Positions 14,317 through 27,229 are shown, counted from the first letter of the stretch. The stretch: DNA of 64,000 nucleotides from Eledone cirrhosa (GCA_964016885.1 OZ024741.1:133424001-133488000); one strand, 5' to 3'. A program made the numbers and translations. The notes: a model not told the origin generated them from the letters alone.

Positions 14317-14354
14317 TATATATTTATGTATATATATATATATGCATATATATT

Positions 14355-14431
<77 letters not shown>

Positions 14432-14689
14432 TTATATATTTATGTATATATATATATATATAAATACATATATATATATATATGTATGTAAATATGTATT
14501 ATCGATATATCAATATATATGGATATGGAAATTAACTGATGATAATGATGATGATGTTGATATATGTGTGTGTGTGTAATGTGAGTGTAGTGAGTGTGGT
14601 GTGTATAAGTATCAGTGCATGTAGGTATGTGTCTGTGTATATATATACATATATATATACACACACTTGGTTCAATATCATTATCTTAT

Positions 14690-14878
14690 ATCTTTTTCTT
14701 TTTCTTCATCTTCTTCTTTAACCTTTCTCTCATTGTCACCTTTTTCTTCTTTTTCTTTTTCCTCTTCTGTTTCTTCTTCTTCTTTTTCCTCTTCTGTTTC
14801 TTCTTCTGTTTCTTCTTCTTCTTCTTCTTCTTCTTCTTCTTCTTCTTCTTCTTCTTCTTCTTTTTCTTTTTCTTCTTC

Positions 14879-14910
<32 letters not shown>

Positions 14911-15188
14911 CTTCTTCTTCTTCTTCTTCTTCTTCTTCTTCTTCTTCTTCTTCTTCTTCTTCTTTTTTTACTGACATCTTCTTCATGAACAACACCATCA
15001 TCATCATCATTACTGCCAACATAATCATCATCACCACGACAACAATCATCATCACCAGCACCATCATCATCATCATCGTCATCAACATCATACCTGGCAT
15101 CATTTTCCTCTGCTAATTCTTCTTCTATTTATTGTTCTTTTTCTTTTACTTGTCCTGTATGTCCTCTTCTGCTAGCTATACGTACTAT

Positions 15189-15252
<64 letters not shown>

Positions 15253-15260
15253 ACCACCAC
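14690..15260. repeat. Compound trinucleotide microsatellites (TTC)n,(CAT)n,(TAC)n,(TGC)n
   Basis: Direct reading; source of the poly-E/F/S ORFs. Confidence 0.95.
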
Positions 15261-15600
15261 CGCCACCCACATCACCCCACGAAACCAAGTTTTTGATATA
15301 CTCCAAGTCTGAGAAACATCTGCAATGACTATTTTTAACACTATACGAGTATTTAAAGACATTTAACCATCATTAAACCATGTAATCGTATGGAATTCTT
15401 CACACTAAATGTAGATTTACTGCACAATATTAGATTTAGAACTACAATAGCAGTGGTCCATTGAATGTTAAAATAATTACTGCTCTTATCGTCGAAACTG
15501 ACGGAAGTCCATTTAAAAAGGTCCACAACGATTAGAGGAATATATGAAATTAGATACAATATGTTCATATGTAATATAATTCTCGCTATGTAAGATAAAG

Positions 15601-16393
15601 ATATCTTACGTGAGTGACAACGTTAGTGTTATTGTTGACATCTTACGTGAGTGACAACGTTGACATCTACGTTAGTGTTATTGTTGACTTCTGACGTTAG
15701 TGACAACGTTGACATCTGACGTTTGTAACATTGTTGACATCTGACGTTAGTGATATTGTTGATATCAGACGTTGGTGACATTGTTGATGGCTGACGTTAG
15801 AGTTATTCTTGACATTTGACGTTAGCGACAACGTTGATATCTGACGTTAGTGACAACGTTGATATTTAACGTTATTGACAACGTTGACATCTGGCGTTAG
15901 TAACATTGTCGATATCTGATGTTTGTGACAACGTTGACATCTGATGTTAGTGACGTTGTTGATATCTGACGTTAGTGTTAAAATTGACATCTAACGTATG
16001 TGACAACGTTGAGATCTTACGTTAGAGACAACGTTAATATCTGACGTTAGTGACAACGTTGACATCTGATTTTAGTAACATTGTTGTTATCTGACGTTAG
16101 TGACATTTTTGACATATAACGTTAGTGACTTCGTTGATATCTGACATTAGTAACATTGTTGATATCTGACGTTACTGACAAGTGGACTTCTAACGTTAGT
16201 TACAATGTTGATATCTGACGTTAGTGACATTGTTAACATCTGAAGTTAGTGACAACGTTGATATCTGACGTTAGTAACACAGTTGACATTTGACGTTAGT
16301 GACAACGTTGACATCTGACTTTAGCAACATTGTTGATATCTGACGTTATTGACATTGTTGATATCTGACGTTAGTGACAAAGTTGATACCTGA
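15601..16393. repeat. 25-bp minisatellite (~31 units, consensus TCTGACGTTAGTGACAACGTTGACA)
   Basis: Unit starts recur at 15716, 15741, 15766, 15791 etc. Confidence 0.95.
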
Positions 16394-16667
16394 TGGAGTT
16401 CATTTTGCATTATACAAATTATATTATGTACATTTGCATATGTGTAGTTATGTTTGTGTATGCTTATTTGGGCATTTGTGTGTGTGTATGTGTATTTGTA
16501 TATATATATTTATGTGTATGTGTGTGTGTGTGTGAGTATGTATGTATGTTTGTGTATCTATGTGTATGTATGTATGTGTATCTATGTGTGAGTATGTATG
16601 TGTATCTATGTGTATGTATGCATGTATGTATGTTTGTATGTATGTATCTGTATCAGGTTTTTTGTCG

Positions 16668-18162
16668 ATCTGACAAAAGCTTTCGATACTGTTAACAGAA
16701 ATGCATTGTTCTCCAGAAACTTGATTGCCCTGATAAGTTCCCTGCTTTGGTTAGGTTTTCCATGACGACATGAAGGCTTGGGTTAATGTCAGAGGTAACA
16801 TGTCAGAGCCTATCTCAGTAAAAAATGGAGTGAAACGGGGATATCCCAGCACCGACCCTGTTTGCCATATACTTTGCAATGGTTTTCTATATTGCATTCA
16901 GGAATTGCGAGCATAGTGTTTACATCCAATATAGAACCCCAGGCAGCATATTTAACATCAGGCATTTTGCTGCAAAAACAAAAGTATTTATATCAATCAT
17001 AAGAGACCTCTTGTATGCAGATGATTGCGATCTTGTAGCGCACACAGAGAGTGATATGCAGCACATTTTGAATGCATTTTCTGATGCTTGCACTGCCCTA
17101 GGATTGACTGTCTCTCACAAGAAAACCGTCGTCATGTACCAACTTGCCCCTGGTAAGCAGTACAGTGAGCCAAATATCTATGTGTATGGTAAACGACTAG
17201 GAGTGGTTGATCAGTTTGTCTACCTGGGAAGCACTGTCAATCAATACAGCAACCTTGATAATGAAATTCCACTCAGGATTAGGAAAGCAAATGATGCTTT
17301 CGGAAAGCTAGAAAGGTGACTCTGGGGTCGGCAAGACATATGCAAGAAGACAAAGGTAAAGGCATACAAGGCATGTATGCTCTCTTCTCTTCTTTATGCC
17401 TGAGAGACCCGGGTCACATATCGACACCACCTTAAACAATTGGAGCGTTTCCATCAGATGTGTCTCAGACGGATCCATGGCGTTCATTGGAGGGACCACA
17501 TCAGTGATGTCGAGATTTTGGAAATCTCTCTGTGTGACAGTATAGAAGCTCTTGTGCTTAAGCAAAGACTCCGTTGGAGTGGTCACCTTGCTAGGATGAA
17601 GGATTCTAGTATACAAAAACAACTCTTTTATGGAGAGTTAGTTAAAGGAAAACGACCTCCACATAAACCAAAAAAGAGGTATAAGGATTCGTTGAAAGCC
17701 TCTTTGAAAGATGCTAACATCTCTGCTGATACATGGGAAAATGTTGCTGCTGATCGTAATAAATGGAGAAAGACTGTATATGAGGGGAAAGTTGCCTTTG
17801 AGGCATCTCGAATTGCATACGAGAAATTAAAGAGGGATGTGAGTAAAGGCATTACTGTTGCATTTCCAGACAGCGAAGGTCCTCCTATGGTGCTAACATG
17901 CAGTGTCTGTGCGAGACTCTGCCTCAGCAAAGCTGGACTCGAAAGTCATCTTCACAGTCATAAAGTAACATCAGTGGTTGACTACCAGGCTGCTGTTGGA
18001 GATGCTACTCATCATGCCTGCCAAGCATGTGGTAGAGAGTGTAAATCAGCAGGAGGGCTCAAATGACATGCAAAAGTACATGAACCCCAACCCCAATCGG
18101 CTACTGCCAGTGAATGTTTTGGTTGCCAACTCTGTGAAAGACATTTTAGATCATTGGCTGGG

Positions 18163-18165
<3 letters not shown>
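16668..18165 (+). mobile_element. RTE (BovB-like) LINE fragment: RT, thumb and tandem C2H2 zinc fingers, pseudogenised
   Basis: DLTKAFDTVNR, DLLYADDCDL, FVYLGS, LRWSGHLARM; CSVCARLCLSKAGLESHLHSH, CQACGRECKSAGGLK*HAKVH, CQLCERHFRSLAGL; in-frame stops. Confidence 0.9.
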
Positions 18166-18221
<56 letters not shown>

Positions 18222-20526
18222 TCGATAACGAGGGGGCAGCCATCATGTATGTATGTATGTATGTATGTATGTATGTATGTATGTATGTATGTATGTATGT
18301 ATGTTTGTGTATATCTGTATATGTATATACGTTTGTGTATGTATGTGTGTGTCTGTATGTATGTTTGTGTATATATGTGTGTGGACACAGCATAGCTGAA
18401 AGATTAATATGTTTGTTCCACAATCATAAGGTCCCAGGTTTAACCCCACTGCATGACATCTAGCTCAAATGTCATTTACCAGAGTCTTGGGTCTATCAAT
18501 GTCTTGTGGGTGAAAATGGGTAGAGGAAACTGTTTGGAAGCCTGTAGGATGGACTGTACTTCTAATTTATAGATACAGCCATGTCACACACTGTGGCAGG
18601 CTAAATCTCCCTGATAATTACATTATGGATACACATGTCTGTGGAACACTTAATCAGTTGCATGTTAATGCCATGAGCAAACTGCTCCATAGATTACCTG
18701 TAACACTCACAATAGAAACTAACAGAGGTTCATTCATCTATTTGTATGTGTGTGTGTGTGTTTATGTGTGTGTGTATGTGTGTGTGTGTGTATGTGAGAG
18801 TGTATGTGTGTACGTGTATCTCTGTATGCCAGCAGATGTGTGTGATACTATTAATTTAATTGACAATAATGTGTTTGTGGGTGGCATGGTGTATGTGTGT
18901 GTGTGAGTGTCTCTGTAGGGTAAGTGTATATTTGTGTCTAAGTGACATTGTATATATACTTTTTCGTGTGTGTGTATGTGTGTGTGTGTGTAGTCGGTTT
19001 AGCTAGATAGGTTTGCATCTTTAAGATTAATTTTGATAAATAGTTACACCTTTCAACACTCCTCCCCTCCCTTTCTCCTCCTCCTCAACACCACCACCAC
19101 TATCACCACCTCAACAAAATATAGTATCCACCCATCCATCCACCAAGTAGTTTACACATTTTCATCACTATGCAATCTCCCCTCACCCATTTCCCTCCTA
19201 TCTTATTCACCAGACAGACTCTGCTGGTTTCTATTCCATTACTCTCCCTCTCTCTTTCTTTCTCTCCTTCCCCCTCTCTCTTTCACACTTCCCTCTTGAC
19301 ATACTATATCACTTTTTACGTCACTCCCACCCAACTCTCTCTGTCTCTCTCTCCCCCTCTCCCTCCCCTATCTCCTACCCAACTCTGTCTCTCCTTCACA
19401 CTTACCTCTTAACACTCTATATCACCCACATTTTCCATCACTCCCCATCCCTTGCTCTATAATTTCACCATACAAGGTTAATACCTCAGACATACCACAA
19501 CCTTGATTATGATGTGTCCTATAATAATGTGTAAAACCTGGTATTTATATATTTATAATAAACCTTTCATACATGCAATGTGTTTTATTTTGTGTATTCT
19601 ACCACTCAACATTTTAAAATTATTCTTATATATATATATCATCATCATCGTTTAACGTCTATCTTCCACGCTAGAAGTCATTCCTATATAAAATAAAGAT
19701 TCTAATACTCTAACAACGTATTGAGTACCTTTTTTAACTGTGGTAATTTCCCGATCCCCCATCAGGACTCCACCCTTAATCATATATGTGTGTGTGAAAA
19801 GTAAATGGACAAACACAACAGATGAGGAAGTACAAAGAAGATATATATTAGTTTCACATTTAATGTAGTAGAAACGAAAACAATTTTTTTAAAGGGGAAA
19901 CCTGAAAAAATTATTTTTTGAAAATAAAAATACAAATGAAAGACACAGAACTCCAGGGTAATCGGCTATTGAGATGGACTTTGGCAGTTTTGACCCCCTA
20001 CCAACGGTACTGCTGGTCCACCCGAGTTCACAGTGTCTGACACAAGTCAAAGTACTGTCCTATGGAGTAAGAGACAAGACAAAACAGTTACTTATAAACA
20101 ATTGAGCTATGTTAAATGAAAAACCAAAGGTTTTGCTGGAATCAAGTCATTTATTATCTTACATGCATTTCATTAGTAAGAAATTAAAATCAATGATACA
20201 TACGTAATTTGTTTTTATAAACTTGCATTTTCATATTCATAAATTTTAGTCAACCCATAAAAAATTGAATGAATACCAATAAAATAGTTCCAGGGAATGA
20301 AGAAGAATATTAATATGTGAAGGGGATACAATTATATGTGGCAAGGAGATGACTTTTCAATCCAGCAACAAAAGGCAAGACCAAGACCCCATTAAAGTAC
20401 CAATAAAGTAAACAGAGGATTATAGAAAGGAGATGGAGAAAGACAGAAGGTTCCAATAAAGAATGAGTTGAACAGTTGAGCGTGGATGTTATATTTTAGA
20501 CCACAAATTAAGCAAGCATACCTTAA

Positions 20527-20789
20527 CTCTTTTCGTACCAAACCGCCTGAAACTGCCTGGAACCACCCCTGGTTTTATGATATATATCTTTATTTCATTA
20601 TCTAAAACTTTCTCTCATAATTATATTCAAGAACCTTTGTTAAGTTATATTCCAAACAATAGCTTGATAATAAGCATGTTGGTTATATTATTAAATCTAG
20701 TCAAATTCTTGACTATTTTCAACATTTGAACATTTCAATATTTGAAAATCAGTATAGGTAGTATTATTAGGAATATGGTAACGAAAGGG
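20527..20789. mobile_element. TTAA-flanked piggyBac-like MITE (second family)
   Basis: TTAA|CTCTTTTCGTACCA ... TGGTAACGAAAGGG|TTAA; degraded relatives ~33230-33480, ~52490-52730. Confidence 0.6.
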
Positions 20790-21034
20790 TTAACTAATAT
20801 TTTGGGAATAGTCAAAAAACATAAAAGGCTTCTGGGGCTAGCGTGGAAGATAGACGTTAAACGATGATGATGATGGTGATGATGAAGGCAGAAATGGAAG
20901 CATTATAATGGGTACAAATCAAAAATTATAAATATGAGTCGTCTCCCCTTTGTGGTTAAAACATTAAAAACTATAAATATGTATATAATCTATCTATCTA
21001 TTTATCTATCTGTCTATCTATCTATCTATCTATC

Positions 21035-23035
21035 TGGTACACTGCTTGGGCGCCTCCTTCCTATTGAGGATTTTGTTATTCAATTTATTTTTGTTATATT
21101 TTATATTTTATATTTTTATATTTTGTTATTGCCTCCTCCTTATTGACGACGCCTTTTTATGTAAACTCCCCCCTTGTACTTGTCCCACTCTTTGACGCCC
21201 TGGTAGCAATAACAAGAAAGTTATCTATCTATCTCTCTATCTAGCGGGACCTATGGACAACTTCCAGAGGTCCCTGGCCTGGCAGTGTTACCGAGGAGCT
21301 CTACCAGTTCGTGACAAGATCTACAGGCACGGACGCCCCGGCAGGGATCCTTCCAAGAGGGCGTGTCCAAAATGCGTGCAGGACATTGAAATAGTCCTGC
21401 ACGCAATTGTACACTGCTCGGGCGTAACCGACCTGTGGAACTATGCAGAACAACTACTGTCGTGTATGGGACAAATCCAGTTGACTGCCGAGTCCATAGT
21501 AAGGATCAAACCGCCAGCCTCTTTCAAAAACGAAAGAGAGGCGGTTTTCCTCTGTACAGTGGCTATGGTTAAAGAAGTTATATGGTGGACGAGATTGAGA
21601 GGACTGAGGACAGATGCCTTTCTCTCCAGACAACAATTGATTCCCTTCTTTAAGTATCACTTTAGAAACAGAATCAGAGTGGGGAGAGAAGTACTGCACC
21701 CCAGCAAATTTACTGAAAGATGGGTGAATGAAGCGAAAATGGCCTGAGTGATTGGGCCTTCTCTGTTTATAAGCCTGTAGGTTGAAGAAGAGAGCAAAAG
21801 GAAGAAAGGAGCACTTGCACAGCACGCTCCTGGAGTTGAGGGTTGTTCTATCGACGGGGTATTAAACAACCCATTTGTGGCACTTCCCCGCTATTGGGGA
21901 TTTCGATTGTTGTAATTGTTTGTGTTTATATTTTTTACACAACTATGTAAAATCCCCGGCATGTCTTTGTATTGTCCCCTTTTCTTGTGTGCCCTTGTAG
22001 CAAATAAAGAAGTCTATCTATCTATCTATCTACCTACTCGTATTCCTCACCGGACAACTGATGTGGGCCCTGTTCGTGAGGCGAGCCTTCCCACGACTCG
22101 TCTCGCTGATCGAACTGCAGTCCTGGGTCAAGCAAAGACTGAGGAAAGTGGGCGACTGGCACATCGGATGTGCTCAGGCGCTCACAGCCCTCTGGCAGGC
22201 GGACCCGGCGATCAGTGGAGACTCTACTTCATCATTCTATAGAGGGTTGGTCTGCAGCAAGTGCGATGACGCGCTCGGAGAAACTCTAGGCATAGAGGAA
22301 GATGAACTGGCCAGTCTGTTCGGTACCGAGGAGCTCTACAGACACGGGCGCCCGGGCAGGGACCCTTCGAAAAAGATCTGTCCGAGATGCGTGCGAGATG
22401 AAGAAACCGTCGCGCACGCATTCGTACACTGCCCGGGCGTTACCGACCTGTGGGACTATGTAGAATGACTATTGTCGTGGGTGGGACCAATCCGGTTGAC
22501 CACCGAGTCCATTGTCATGATCAAACCGCCACCCTCCTTCAAAAACGAAGGAGAGGTGGTTTTCCTCTGTGTGATAGCTATGGCGAAAGAAGTTGTATGG
22601 TGGACGAGGTTAAAAGGGCTGAGGTCAGACACCTTTCTCTCCAGCCAACAACTGATTCTTTTTTTCAAATACCACTTTGGAAGAAGAATCAGGATGGAGA
22701 GAGAGATGCTGTACCCCAGCAAGTTTTATGAAAGGTGGATGAAAGTGGCGAGAATGGCCCGAGTGAATGGGCCTTCTCTCTATATCAGCCTGTAGGTTGA
22801 GGAAAAGGAGGAAGAGAGGAAAGGGGTACTCACTCTTTGTACTTCTGGAGATGAGGGCTGCACATTTTTTCGGGGGTATGTGTTACCCATATGTAATGTC
22901 TCCCCTATTAGGGAAAATCGATTGTTTTTTTAAATTGCATTTGTGATAGTATTTTACACGTTTTTTATTGTATGTAAACTTCCCCCTTTGTATTTGTCCC
23001 CATCTTTTGTGCCTCTGTGGCTAATAAAGAAACAT
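21035..23035 (+). mobile_element. Three tandem 5'-truncated Tx1/L1-like LINE 3' ends (~21035-21222, ~21243-22012, ~22036-23035)
   Basis: zf-RVT-like C-terminus WQCYRGALPVRDKIYRHG..CPKC..HAIVHC / CPRC..ETVAHAFVHC; each copy ends in an AATAA...GAA motif followed by (TCTA)n. Confidence 0.85.
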
Positions 23036-23829
23036 ATCTATCTATATATTACTAAAATTCTGTGCTTGCTTGCTTGTCTGTAATGTAATACAGCCAAAAG
23101 GGTGCATAATGGGAAAATACTTTGAAAGTTGGCCCTGAAATAGGAATACAAATGGAATAAAACAAGCCTTGCGTAAATCGGACCACGGATTCCCGAGATA
23201 TAGGATTTTATGGGTACCTTCATAAATAGAGAGAGATTAGAATAGAGAGAAAGAGTTAGTGGTTGTGAGAGAGTAGATTGAGAGAGAAACATAGAGAGGG
23301 AGAGAGAAGAAGACAGAGGAGAATGGAAGAGAGAGAGAGAGAGCTGGTGGAGTTGTTGTGTATATATATATGTGAGTGTGTGTGTATATGTGTGTGTGTG
23401 TCTATGACCCATGTATATAGATCATAGACACCCACATATATACACACACACACACATTATATATATATATATGTATATACACACACACATTTATATATAT
23501 ACATACACATGTATATATATGGGCCTTCCAGTTTCATTTCACATTATATACATGTCTGAGTATATTTTAATTATTTAAAAATTATTTTTAAGTTAACATG
23601 ATTTAAAAAAATAATTTTGAAGTGAACATGACCCAACGGGTCATGGGTGGTCTAGTCTATTATAATAGGCTTAAAGACAGCAGTCGTAGGGTGGGAGAAA
23701 GGAAAAGCAACCCCCCCCCCCCCCCAAAAAAAAAAACAGGTGGGAGCACGAGAGAAAATGAAAATAAAGAAATCTATGTGGATATAAATAAAAATTAAAA
23801 ATTAAATTCTATAAAAATAAAGTAAATTT

Positions 23830-24140
23830 AGGAATTACTCAGCCAAAAGGCTGAGGCGATGCTGGGGCACTGCCATTAACGCTACACTTTCTACAGCCAG
23901 CTATCCTTAGTTGGCCATTGAAGCAAAAGGGAGTTTGTTGCTGATACCCTTACTTGCATTCGCCTTGTGCTGTGGGTTCATCCGAGCCAACACAGATGGC
24001 ACTGTTTGAGCAGGGTATGGTGGGTATCTTGGCATGGTTGAGGACTTCAGTGTTGGTGACCTGGTTGGTCCACTTGATATCCAAAATGTGTCCTGGGCTA
24101 CGAAAGTCAAAGACATTGAGATGCTGCTCCTGTCTATTGT
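23830..24140 (-). mobile_element. Degenerate RTE/BovB-like LINE 3' fragment
   Basis: Minus strand QEQHLNVFDFRSPGHILDIKWTNQVTNTEVLNHAKIPT (thumb region). Confidence 0.6.
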
Positions 24141-24151
24141 TTGTTTACCTG

Positions 24152-24904
24152 TCTCTCTTTCTCCACCCAATTTTTTTTATCCCAATAACTTATTTTAGCT
24201 ATTGTTCGGGCTAGCCGGAGGTATCTGATCTTTAATGCGAAGAAATACCTCTGATGGCTAATAGATCACTGATGATGGATAGTCCCTGCTTCTCTTTCTA
24301 ATTTTTACTTCATATGTATCACATTCGCAACAACACAGCATGCCATTTTTCATTTCTATATGCTTTCCCCTTCGCTGTGACCTGTCTTTTTCTCTTCCCT
24401 TACTGCTATCCTCTTTCTCTCTCCCCCTTCTCTCTCCTTCTCTCTCTTACTTTCATTCTCCCCCTCTGCTAGTCACCTTCTCTTGGCTAGCCTCTTCCTC
24501 ACACTTTCACTCACTCACTCTCTGTTACTCACCTTCACTCACTTCCTCCAACGTCCGGCACTGTACGAAATACTTTACTCGCTCACTTTTCACGCGGTAC
24601 GGATGGTCTTTCGTTTTCTCGTCAATGTTTGCAAGTTCTTATGTTCAAATGAATCACTGACTTGATTTTCTCACTTTTCCTCTCTTTACGTTGCCTCACC
24701 ATTCGTGTTCGTTTACCCATCTCTCTTTCTCCACGCAATTCTTTTTATCCCAATAACTTATTTTAGTTATTGTTCGGGCTAGCCGGAGGTATCTGATCTT
24801 TAATGCGAAGAAATACCTGTGATGGCTAATAGATCACTGATGATGGATAGTCCCTGCTTCTCTTTCTAATTTTTACTTCATATGTATCACATTCGCAACA
24901 ACAC
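24152..24904. repeat. 185-bp direct repeats (24152-24336, 24720-24904; period 568)
   Basis: Near-identical sequence read twice. Confidence 0.9.
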
Positions 24905-25126
24905 CTGGTGGGGTGTTGCTCCTAGGGCTGCTGGTGATGTGGGCCTTCATGTTCTTAGCGCAGGAGTATCCTAGTTTAACTTTGTGTCGGTTAAAGATGG
25001 AGCGGTATTTATGACCTATGGGAAGTGTCTATCTAAGAGGGCTGGACATTTTTTTACATAAGCCACACGTCGGATTTCCCCTTGCATATGGCTTGGACTT
25101 AGTGATGGCTTCCTGTTCCTATAACC

Positions 25127-26020
25127 ATGCCCAAGGAGAAACTCAATTACATTCACAAGGACTCATGCCACCCTCCCACTGTTTTTAGAAACTTCGTAAA
25201 TAATATCAGTACTAGAATCTCAAACCTCTCCTCTAATAAGGCTATCTTTGACAGGGCGGCACCCTACTATAACACGGCATTAGCTAACAGCGGCTTCTCA
25301 CAACCTATCACTTACTCTCCCACTATCAACAACAGCAATAAGAAACGTAAGCACAACAATAGACAAACTATCTGGTTCTCTCTTCCCTTCTCACTCAACG
25401 TTAAAACCAATGTAGGAACAAAATTTCTAGCCCTCTTAGATAGACACTTTCCCATAGGTCATAAATACTGCTCCATCTTTAACCGAGACAAAGTTAAACT
25501 AGGATACTCCTGCACTAAGAACACGAAGGCCCACATCACCAGCAGCCCTAGGAGCAACACCCCACCAGGATGCTCTTGCCGTAAGCCCGAAGCTTGCCTC
25601 CTTCAACAGCAATGCAACACACCAGCTGTAATTTATGAAGCTGTGGTCACTTCCAACCGACCAAACCAACCACAGGAGGTCAAATCCTATGTGGGCATGG
25701 TGGAGGGCCGATTTAAGGAACGTTTCCTGAACCACCAGTCGACCTTTAGGTACCCGGACAGACGTTCATCCACGAAATTCGCGAGCCACGTATGGTCCCT
25801 CAAGGACTCAAGTATAGACTACTCCATCCAATAGAAAGCCATCACTAAGTCCAAGCCATACGCAAGGGGAAATCCGATGTGTGGCTTATGTATTGACGAA
25901 CGAATAACTATTCTAAACAGATTATGCAATAGTGATTGCCTAAACACGAGGAATGAATTTTTCACACGTTGTCCACACGTCTCCAAACACCTATTGCATA
26001 ACTACAAAGCTCCGGATTGA
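25127..26020 (+). pseudogene. Penelope-like element (Neptune-type) C-terminal thumb/linker plus GIY-YIG endonuclease, 5'-truncated, one in-frame stop at 25832-25834
   Basis: YIHKDSCHPP, IWFSLPFSLNVKTNVG, CSCRKPEACLL..C, AVIYEAVV...YVGMVEGRFKERFLNHQSTF; frame continues CGLCIDE..LNTRNEFFTRCPH to TGA at 26020. Confidence 0.9.
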
Positions 26021-26213
26021 ATCATTCTAATTTTCTTATCAACTAAAAACTTTTCGGACTTTCGCAGTTATCTCCCTTACACCTCTCGCACGCATTCTAT
26101 TATTGCCTGTGTGAAGTCGCACGCATTCTATTATTGCCTGTGTGAAGTGACCGGGTTTCTGCGTATGCTCGTTCGTACGGTTGTCCTTCCTGTTCCTATA
26201 ACCATGCCCATTA

Positions 26214-26251
26214 CGAGCTGAGGATCCGCTAAGGTGAAACAATTGTTCTCG
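26214..26251 (+). ncRNA. Minimal hammerhead ribozyme motif in the Penelope-like 3' region
   Basis: cgag CTGAGGA t-cc-gctaa-gg-t GAAA CAATTG TT ctcg; perfect stem I, palindromic CAATTG. Confidence 0.7.
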
Positions 26252-26346
26252 GTATGGTGAACTAACTGTTGTGTAACCACTTCTAGCTAACTCATCCCAT
26301 GGACTGCGTGCACTACCACTACGGATATTACCTTCCAGTGTTCCAC

Positions 26347-26417
<71 letters not shown>

Positions 26418-26418
<1 letters not shown>

Positions 26419-26936
26419 CATCATCATCATCATCATCATCGTTTAACGGCCATCTTCCACGCTAGCATGGGTTAGACGGGAGTTGTGCCACGTGAGGCAA
26501 GGTTGGTCGGGTGACCGTGTCTCGCTCATATAGGACTATATGGCAGGCTTTCTACGGCTGGATGCCCTTCCTAACACCAACCACATTTACAGTGTGGAAC
26601 TGGGAACTTTTTACCGTGTTATCTACACGGCCACATTACAGCGTGGACTGTGAGTTTTTTTTTTTTTAGTTGTGACACCTACACGATCTCAATCTCATTA
26701 TCTCATTTATTTGGACTGGATGTTGTGGTACCAACTTTACAGAGAGAGGGTGTTGGTGGGAGTGGGAGGATAGGGTAGGGGTAGTGGATTGGGGTGTATA
26801 TTTGGTTACAAGGTGCCTACTGACTGTAGGTTTCGCTTTGTAAATAGGCAAGGCGGGTCTTCTGTATTACGGCGTAGCGCCAAAGATCTCGGTCCAGTGA
26901 CATTGTCTTAGAGAAGTGCAACTGCGTAAGGTCAGA

Positions 26937-26940
<4 letters not shown>
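26418..26940 (-). mobile_element. RTE LINE 3' end/3' UTR with (GAT)n tail
   Basis: NSDLTQLHFSKTMSLDRDLWRYAVIQKTRLA; 3' UTR similar to 49170-49597. Confidence 0.85.
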
Positions 26941-26990
<50 letters not shown>

Positions 26991-27163
26991 ATAATAATAA
27001 ATTTGAAGACTAAATTCCAAAGAGGACTCGATAAGGATAAATATATATCAAATATATAAGAACCGTACGGCAATGTGTTATTTTAATAAATATATATATA
27101 TATATATATTATTCAAAATATTATGATGATTGATGATGAAGACATTCACATAATCAAAATATA

Positions 27164-27229
27164 TATTTTATTATATATATTTCGAAGGTACTGTGCTGTT
27201 TTTTCAGTACGTCCTCGTCAGATAAAATA
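27164..27229 (-). ncRNA. Minimal hammerhead ribozyme motif within partial inverted repeat (~27110-27350)
   Basis: Minus strand tattttat CTGACGA ggac-gtactg..cagtac-cttc GAAA TATATA TA ataaaata. Confidence 0.7.

Noticed and set aside
14615-15362. Poly-E/F/S/V ORFs resembling low-complexity proteins
   Set aside because: Trinucleotide microsatellites open in several frames; no splice or homology support
15601-16393. CRISPR-like regular array
   Set aside because: Pure tandem repeat with no unique spacers, eukaryotic context, no cas genes; the same applies to the 29.3-30.1 kb and 58.9-59.4 kb arrays
19930-20061. Possible minus-strand exon with a good acceptor (polypyrimidine tract + TAG)
   Set aside because: No recognisable protein and no partner exons found; needs RNA-seq
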